IMG/VR virus record: IMGVR_UViG_3300035701_007101
Direction: 5' to 3' (one strand)
DNA length: 64,000 bases
Origin: a virus
Lineage: Duplodnaviria > Heunggongvirae > Uroviricota > Caudoviricetes
The notes under the pieces are model-generated. The model had not been told where the DNA came from, made no database searches, and worked only from the letters and a program-made list of their open reading frames with translations. Positions 58,074 through 64,000 of the stretch are shown in pieces (position 1 is the stretch's first letter; the number at the start of each line of letters is the position of its first letter). The position numbers and the translations under genes are program-made.

Positions 58074-61000
58074 TTATTCGTTTGCCATTTCATCATATTT
58101 GGCTAATTTCTCCTTTTGCTCGGGAGTTCTTTCATATAAATTGCCAACACAACAAATATCTAACAAATCTATAAATATTCTGCCCATATATTCGCTAGCA
58201 ACAGCTTCACCAACTAAAATATTATCAACTTTGATAACTTCTTGAACTTTGACTTTTGCATATTTTCCAGTTTCTTGTTTTAAAAGAAAAGCGCTTGAGC
58301 ATCTTCTATTATAACAGGGTATTCTAACTTTGACCATGTTAAATTTTGAATCAGTTAATGTCACATAATAATAACTATTATTAGCTTTACTTGTTTTTTC
58401 AACAATCTCAGAAGCTACTCCCCAAACAGTAGCTTTCATATTTACTTTTGGTTGTGTAAAATTTGTTAACATGACAGCTTTTAATTTTGCAACTTCTCTT
58501 TTTTGACTATCAGATAATTTTGTTCGCCAATCTAAAGCATAAGCATCAATAAACTGTTCATGTTCATATTTTGTATCATTATAATCAACATCTCGTTCCC
58601 ACTTTTTCTCTTTTCTTATTTCTTTGTAATATTTTTCTAATATCTCATTTTGAGTGCCAAATGCATCAAATGCATGACCGCTAATTAAAGCTATCATAGC
58701 TGTTTTTGTTATTTTCTTTATTTGTGATGTTTTCTCGCAAAAATCTTCAAATGAATCAAATGGCTGTGACTGTAAAATATTATTTATAACTGCAGGTCCT
58801 ACATGATTTATATGGCCTAAGCCAAACATAATACTTTTTTCTTCACCATATATTGAAAAACCTTCTTTAGCTCTGCTAATATTTGCAGGAACAATACTTA
58901 TGCCATGACTTATGATCTCTGCAAAATAACTTGTAAACTTTTCCTTCAATGAATTTGACAACAATACTACATAAAACTCCAAAGCATAATATTCTTTAAA
59001 CCACATCATCTGGTAACTTAGAACAGTGTATGCTACTGCATGCGAGCGGTTGAATCCGTAGCGTGCAAATGCGACGCAACTTTGCCACAAAATTTCAGCA
59101 GAAGTTTCAATTAAGTCACCGACGCTTATACAGCCCTTAATAAATTTATCATGAATTTCTTTTCGTTGTTTAGCTTCTTTATCTTTTGCATCAGTGTCTC
59201 GTATTGATTTCATTAAATTTTTTCTAACTGTATCAGTCAAATCTAATGGAAATCCTGCAACCATGTGACACAATCTCATTACATCTTCTTGATAAACTAA
59301 AATACCATAACTTGATTTCAAACATTTTTCAACTAATTTTGATTCGTAATTGAATTCTTTACCATTTTTTCTTTGTGCATATTCATGATGCATTCCCATA
59401 TCTAACGGTCCGGGGCGACCTAGCGCTGTTGCTGTCGTTATGTCAGAAAACGTTGTAGGTTTTATTTCTTTCAATAAAGCTTTCATTAAGTTGCTATTAT
59501 GAACTACAAATCCATTAGCTATATAATTATGATTTATAGCTTCAGGATCAAAACCAATATCATAAACTTCTTTTGTACCAACAAATTGAATGGCTTTAAT
59601 TGGCACATATATATACCTGAACATGTGTCTTGCAAATCGTTTATATATTTTAACTTTAACTTTACCCTTTTTCCATACACGTCTAAGAATATAATCTTTC
59701 TTATAAGTTTTTATTGGTCTAAATTTTGACAACAATTGAGGTCTACATGTTCTTTGACCACTTCTAATGCAACTTGCGCAATTTTCAGCTATACCTTGCA
59801 CATCTACTGATCTATTGTAAAATGCACAATAATGTTGACATCTGAACCGCTCTTGATCAATTAATATTTTGTCATCAACTTTTAATTCTTCTAATCTTTT
59901 CCAACCGCGAGGTGTATAAAATTCATGTAGTAATGCAGTTTCAATACATCTATCGTTATCATATTGAACTGTAACTCTGTAAACATCTCGTACTTGTTTT
60001 TTCATAGCAAATATTTTTTGTCTAATTTTCATTTTTCTAGTTGACGGATTTAAATTAACACAGCTAACTTTGTGTATTGACTTTTTATTTTTTTCAAACA
60101 TATCATATAAGTTTTTGATTCTATATGAGCCAACCCATGAATTGCCGTCAATACATTCAAATTGAAAAATACCATTTGTATCAGTTTGTCTAAATTTTGA
60201 ATAAATTGTGTTATTGCCATCTAACGGCAATTTTGATGAAAATTCTTCATAAAATAATGATGTTATTTGCTTATGTTCAATAGATCGTAAATCAAAATCT
60301 GCTTTATCATTATACGATTTTGTTGATCTAATAATGTCAAGTATTTCTTTTATAATAGATAATGTTTTTAGACCAAGAATATCAAATTTAATGAATCCTG
60401 AAGATTGTAAATCTTTTCGAATGATGCCATCAACCCAGCTTGTTATAAGCTCATTTTTATGTCTCATTAAAGGTATTGTTTCATCAATTTTTGTCGGCGT
60501 TGCAACTACACCTGCGGGATGTTTTGTAAGATGTCTTAATTGGCCTTTTAGTTTGAATAAGATCTCTCTTATTTGAGGATGTCGTCCAAGATATTGTTTT
60601 ATATCATATAGATCCTGTCTAAAGCCATCTTGACCAGATTCAATCATTAAAGTTGCGTCAAACACTTCTTCAGACATTTCATCAACATCATCAGCAAGAT
60701 TTTTAACAACATCATTAGTGTCTTGAATATCAATATCAAATATTCTAGCAATATCTCTTAAAACCATTTTCATTTTCATTTGACCGTAAGAGCCAATAGG
60801 AGCTACATGGTCATTGCCATATTTGTCAATAAAATATTTAATGACAAGTTCTCTTTCATTCATACTAAAATCACTATCAATGTCAGGAAATGAAGATTGC
60901 TTTTTGATTTTTAGAACGATGTTGTTTTTGATTGGATCTGTAGACGATATGTTTAAAAGATAATACATTAAAGAACCGTGCGTTTTAACTTTTACTTTAT

Positions 61001-61160
61001 TTTTAATGAGGCTAATTATGTAGTCTTGTAAATTTTGAACATTGACATTTGTTAATTCTCTTTCAAGTGCTTGAATATATTTATCATTTTCATGTAATGA
61101 TAGTTCTTTTAATTTTTTCTCACACAAATATTGAATAAAATCAATTTTTTTTATATCCAT
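58074..61160 (-). CDS. dnaE: DNA polymerase III alpha (DnaE) C-terminal part: palm, fingers, OB; carries an in-frame mini-intein; begins with a 90-aa non-DnaE leader
   Basis: 'FPDIDSDFS' (catalytic Asp pair, vs E. coli PDFDVDFC), 'KFDILGLKTL', 'ALGRPGPLDMGMHHEYAQRKNG', 'GFNRSHAVAYTVLSYQMMWFKEYYALEFY' (vs [27 protein letters not shown]). The intein interrupts between 'FQFE' and 'SNLMKALL'. Confidence 0.8.
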   Translation of the reverse strand: MDIKKIDFIQYLCEKKLKELSLHENDKYIQALERELTNVNVQNLQDYIISLIKNKVKVKTHGSLMYYLLNISSTDPIKNNIVLKIKKQSSFPDIDSDFSMNERELVIKYFIDKYGNDHVAPIGSYGQMKMKMVLRDIARIFDIDIQDTNDVVKNLADDVDEMSEEVFDATLMIESGQDGFRQDLYDIKQYLGRHPQIREILFKLKGQLRHLTKHPAGVVATPTKIDETIPLMRHKNELITSWVDGIIRKDLQSSGFIKFDILGLKTLSIIKEILDIIRSTKSYNDKADFDLRSIEHKQITSLFYEEFSSKLPLDGNNTIYSKFRQTDTNGIFQFECIDGNSWVGSYRIKNLYDMFEKNKKSIHKVSCVNLNPSTRKMKIRQKIFAMKKQVRDVYRVTVQYDNDRCIETALLHEFYTPRGWKRLEELKVDDKILIDQERFRCQHYCAFYNRSVDVQGIAENCASCIRSGQRTCRPQLLSKFRPIKTYKKDYILRRVWKKGKVKVKIYKRFARHMFRYIYVPIKAIQFVGTKEVYDIGFDPEAINHNYIANGFVVHNSNLMKALLKEIKPTTFSDITTATALGRPGPLDMGMHHEYAQRKNGKEFNYESKLVEKCLKSSYGILVYQEDVMRLCHMVAGFPLDLTDTVRKNLMKSIRDTDAKDKEAKQRKEIHDKFIKGCISVGDLIETSAEILWQSCVAFARYGFNRSHAVAYTVLSYQMMWFKEYYALEFYVVLLSNSLKEKFTSYFAEIISHGISIVPANISRAKEGFSIYGEEKSIMFGLGHINHVGPAVINNILQSQPFDSFEDFCEKTSQIKKITKTAMIALISGHAFDAFGTQNEILEKYYKEIRKEKKWERDVDYNDTKYEHEQFIDAYALDWRTKLSDSQKREVAKLKAVMLTNFTQPKVNMKATVWGVASEIVEKTSKANNSYYYVTLTDSKFNMVKVRIPCYNRRCSSAFLLKQETGKYAKVKVQEVIKVDNILVGEAVASEYMGRIFIDLLDICCVGNLYERTPEQKEKLAKYDEMANE
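59496..60155 (-). mobile_element. Mini-intein (220 aa) inside DnaE, with Cys-rich insertion; no LAGLIDADG/HNH motif seen
   Basis: Begins 'CIDGNSWV' (block A, Cys1). Ends 'VYDIGFDPEAINHNYIANGFVVHN' followed by Ser+1 (canonical blocks F/G). The flanking sequences re-join to a conserved DnaE stretch (FQFE|SNLMKALLKEI... equivalent to E. coli FQLES-RGMKDLIKRL). Confidence 0.7.
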
Positions 61161-61177
61161 TATTATCCTTATGCTTT

Positions 61178-61510
61178 TTAATTGTCGAGAGTTACAATTT
61201 TTACTTTTCTCGACGTTAATAGCGTTTGAAGATCAATATTAAAGGTGTTGTAATCTAGAATCCAACATTTTTTATCTATGAAAGTGTCGCCGTCAATATC
61301 AAATTGCTTGAAATAAATAGCTTGCCATGAAATTGATTTATTCAAAGTTGTATTACAATACATTAATAATGATGAAAAACTTTCAAGCATTATCATGGAG
61401 CTAAATTTTTGTATAAAATAGTCAAACCACATATTTCGTTGTTTGATGCCTGTAAGTTGTACAAAATCAAATAACGTTAAATTTTTATCAACAATAAACA
61501 TTATTTTCAT
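61178..61510 (-). CDS. Hypothetical protein
   Basis: ORF between the DnaE parts. Confidence 0.35.
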   Translation of the reverse strand: MKIMFIVDKNLTLFDFVQLTGIKQRNMWFDYFIQKFSSMIMLESFSSLLMYCNTTLNKSISWQAIYFKQFDIDGDTFIDKKCWILDYNTFNIDLQTLLTSRKVKIVTLDN

Positions 61511-61532
61511 AATTTAGATCTCATCATTAACA

Positions 61533-62162
61533 TTACCTCGTAGCTAAAGAGCAAATGTTCTCTTTAGAAATATCAACGTCTATTTGCTTACTTTGAATAG
61601 TAAGTTTTGCAATTGCTTTATCTTTTATAGATACAAACAATTCATTTCCCTTTAATTCAACTGATAATTGTTCATGTAATTTATCGACATCAATATTTTG
61701 TCGTAACATCCATGAAGGTGAAAACGGATCACTATGACGAAATCTTGGTACTTGAAAAGACGGTCTTCCAAATGTACCTGTTACACCTGATAAACCTGTA
61801 ACACCTGATAAACCTGTAACACCCTGTATACCCATATATCCTACAAGTTCAGCAGGCGCACCTACAAATTCAGTGCCAGTTGCACCACCAATAAGCCCGT
61901 TAGTTACCATGTGTCCGTTAGATGAAAGTGCAACACTTTGAACTCGTCTTTCAAAAAGAGTATCACGGGAAAGACATTCTTGACTTATTTGTTCATTTTC
62001 TATTTCATCGTTACAAAGTAAATTAAATTTTTCAAAAGATTTTTTACTAACAATATCTACTTTGTCAACAACTATATCGTCTACTCTATTATAGCTTCTA
62101 AAAAATAATTTTTTCTTAACTAAATCTAACCCATTAATTGCTAAAAATTTTTCATTTGACAT
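61533..62162 (-). CDS. Collagen-like (Gly-X-Y x8) repeat protein
   Basis: 'GIQGVTGLSGVTGLSGVTGTFGRP'. Underlying 18-bp tandem DNA repeat at 61772..61832. Confidence 0.45.
   Translation of the reverse strand: MSNEKFLAINGLDLVKKKLFFRSYNRVDDIVVDKVDIVSKKSFEKFNLLCNDEIENEQISQECLSRDTLFERRVQSVALSSNGHMVTNGLIGGATGTEFVGAPAELVGYMGIQGVTGLSGVTGLSGVTGTFGRPSFQVPRFRHSDPFSPSWMLRQNIDVDKLHEQLSVELKGNELFVSIKDKAIAKLTIQSKQIDVDISKENICSLATR
61772..61832. repeat. 18-bp tandem repeat (cctgataaacctgtaaca x2 plus partial copies) encoding the Gly-X-Y tract
   Basis: Direct adjacent repeats read from the plus strand. Confidence 0.6.
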
Positions 62163-62923
62163 TTTAGCTTCTTTATAGTTCTTTCATAGTCCTCAAATCT
62201 AATTTTTGCTATTTTTGATCGATCACTTGTCCTGACTACAATACCTTCTGGTTTTCCACCCTCTCCGTCAATAGGTGCATTTGTCTTACCGGGAAGCATA
62301 GTTTTTAACCAAGCAAATGTCTCTATTAAATCTTTAGGCGGACAATATGACTCTAATCTTGGAACTATTGGTATATCGACTTTTCTTGCTATATCTTGAA
62401 ATTGCTGTTCATTAAGAAATTTTTGATGACCATGATCACGAAGAAAAGAAATTGACTGAATTGAATTATTCACTAAAAAACTATCAAAATCATATTCAGA
62501 ATCATAATAAGCGACATCGAATAATCTAAAACCAGGTGCACGACAACTTGTATAATTTTTAGCGTTATTAATATTCAATCCATATACTTCACCAAAAAAT
62601 ATCCATACATAACTTGTTAAATTTATATCATTGAACTTTGACATTAATGGTCTTAAAGTATCTACTATGCCCATTGATGGATTGTAAATTAAATCACCAC
62701 TAGCAGTAAGTAGTTCTTCCCTTGAGCCTATAAAATAAGACTTATCATAAAATAGAATGATCCTTGCATTAGTGCCATCAATCTTCTCTGTAAGAATTAC
62801 TGGATCATTAAATTCAACTTGAACATTATTTACTAAACTACCTTTATCACCAAGTTCATGATAAGTAAGAATTGAAGGATATTTTGCTGCTGAATTTAAT
62901 TTGTCTAAATTTGTCTTAATCAT
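62141..62923 (-). CDS. ATP-dependent RNA ligase (Rnl2-like nucleotidyltransferase)
   Basis: Motif I 'VILTEKIDGTNARII' (KxDGxN, cf. T4 Rnl2 EKIHGTNF), motif IV-like 'FFGEVYG', motif V-like 'KPEGIVVRT', Lys motif 'KIAKIRFEDY'. Confidence 0.55.
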   Translation of the reverse strand: MIKTNLDKLNSAAKYPSILTYHELGDKGSLVNNVQVEFNDPVILTEKIDGTNARIILFYDKSYFIGSREELLTASGDLIYNPSMGIVDTLRPLMSKFNDINLTSYVWIFFGEVYGLNINNAKNYTSCRAPGFRLFDVAYYDSEYDFDSFLVNNSIQSISFLRDHGHQKFLNEQQFQDIARKVDIPIVPRLESYCPPKDLIETFAWLKTMLPGKTNAPIDGEGGKPEGIVVRTSDRSKIAKIRFEDYERTIKKLKCQMKNF

Positions 62924-63000
62924 TTCATTTCCTTTAAAAATCTGTCTTTATCTTTAAAAAAATATGTATGTTGCACATATCTTCTAAAACTGCAGAAAAT

Positions 63001-64000
63001 TTATTCATTATCCAACCTAATGAGTCTATTATTATACCATTCTTCAAATTCATTTTCTATATATAATTCGTTCTTATCTTCTATTTCTTTAATCTCACCA
63101 ACAGATAAGTCATATACAGCCATACTTCTTGACATACTCAAAAATCTCTCAAATAACAAATCATGCTTTAATGGATCTATATTTGTAATATCCATTAAGT
63201 AACATGCAAGAGAACCTGCGCTCGACCCACGTGCTGGGCCTACAAGCACACCATGTTCTTTGGCCCATTTAATATAATCAGCTACAATTAAAAAATAATC
63301 AGACATTTCTGTGCGCCTGATAACACTTAATTCATATTTTATTCTTTTTGTATATTGACTATTTTCTTCATACCAATGATCTTCAGCTTTTCTATCCCAT
63401 CCATCTCTAGTCAACTGAACTAAATAATCGTAACTGCTCAAATCACCAGTATCAATTTTTGGTAATTTTTCTTTAGTATCCCAGTCCCAAGAATCAATTT
63501 TTTTAGCTACTTTTATTGTATTATCAAGAGCCACTTGAAAGTCTTCAAGGCTTAAGTATTTATAATGACCTTGATCTATATATGCATCAATCATTTGATG
63601 TCTGTCTTTAAACCAGAAGTCTTTAGTTGAAAACTCCCAAACTCTTTTAAATTTTTTCTTTCCAGTAACAATGTCTAAAATTTCATTAAAAGTAATTCCG
63701 TCATCTTTATCTCTTAATGGTTTAAACTTTTTAAATCTATCTAACTCAATAAAACTATTGTAAGTTTTACGTATATGATTTGGATCAACATCATTTCCAA
63801 TTGCATCTAAAATTTCACCCATTGCATGCAATCTTTCTTTATCTTTCATTGTAACTTGTTCACCATCATCTTTAGAACCCAACATTAGTGATATTTCTTG
63901 AGCTTTAGAATCAAGTTTATCTAAATAATGAACGTCGTTTGTTACAATGAAATTAATGTTTAATTCTTTAGCAATCTCAACTAATATCTTATTTACATAT
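63001..64000 (-). CDS. dnaE: DnaE N-terminal part (PHP domain to start of palm), 5' partial (ORF continues beyond window end); ends with a 40-aa non-DnaE tail
   Basis: '[54 protein letters not shown]' vs E. coli '[59 protein letters not shown]'. Own translation upstream of 63885 shows '[10 protein letters not shown]' (PHP) with no stop to nt 64000. Confidence 0.75.
   Translation of the reverse strand, partial: [332 protein letters not shown]

Noticed and set aside
61160-63001. Canonical split intein (IntN ~100 aa beginning with Cys, IntC ~36 aa ending in HN) at the DnaE split
   Set aside because: The tails have the wrong sizes (40 and 90 aa), no Cys1 and no terminal His-Asn. Only an atypical or degenerate split-intein-like arrangement remains possible and is reported as a hypothesis.
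1-64000. Global reassignment of TAG (amber) to a sense codon, suggested by the CUA suppressor tRNA
   Set aside because: Nearly all long ORFs are intact under the standard code. Several genes terminate at TAG directly followed by terminator hairpins or further stops (e.g. 10622 TAG then hairpin; 15814 TAG-TAA). No adjacent same-frame ORF pairs are separated only by TAG.

Overview
This 64 kb window is AT-rich (about 30% GC) and densely coded, with Shine-Dalgarno-type ribosome-binding sites. It looks like part of a large (jumbo) bacteriophage of a Gram-negative host, not a cellular chromosome.

Recognisable content:
- Replication and recombination module: FtsK-like translocase, SF2 helicase, DnaC-like loader, DnaB-like helicase, Cas4/RecB-like nuclease, NAD-dependent ligase LigA, PolX with a PHP domain, UvsX/RecA-like recombinase, gp32-like single-stranded-DNA-binding protein, and a DnaE-type pol III alpha.
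- Very large Ig-like/BNR surface protein; outer-membrane phospholipase A (OMPLA).
- Multi-domain glycosyltransferase/radical-SAM enzyme.
- Translation/RNA toolkit: trigger factor, RRM protein, PTH2-like hydrolase, RNA ligase, RNase Z-like MBL hydrolase, CoaD-CoaE fusion, NadD-like adenylyltransferase.
- Five tRNAs, including an amber-suppressor tRNA (anticodon CUA).

Unusual points:
- DnaE is split into two ORFs 1.8 kb apart, the C-part carries a canonical in-frame mini-intein, and both parts have intein-fragment-like tails at the split.
- A HAD hydrolase gene is interrupted at an A_AAA_AAT slippery site.
- A 30-bp exact repeat occurs at two loci.
- Several structured intergenic elements are present.

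All identifications come from motif-level reading of the supplied translations. No database searches were run.
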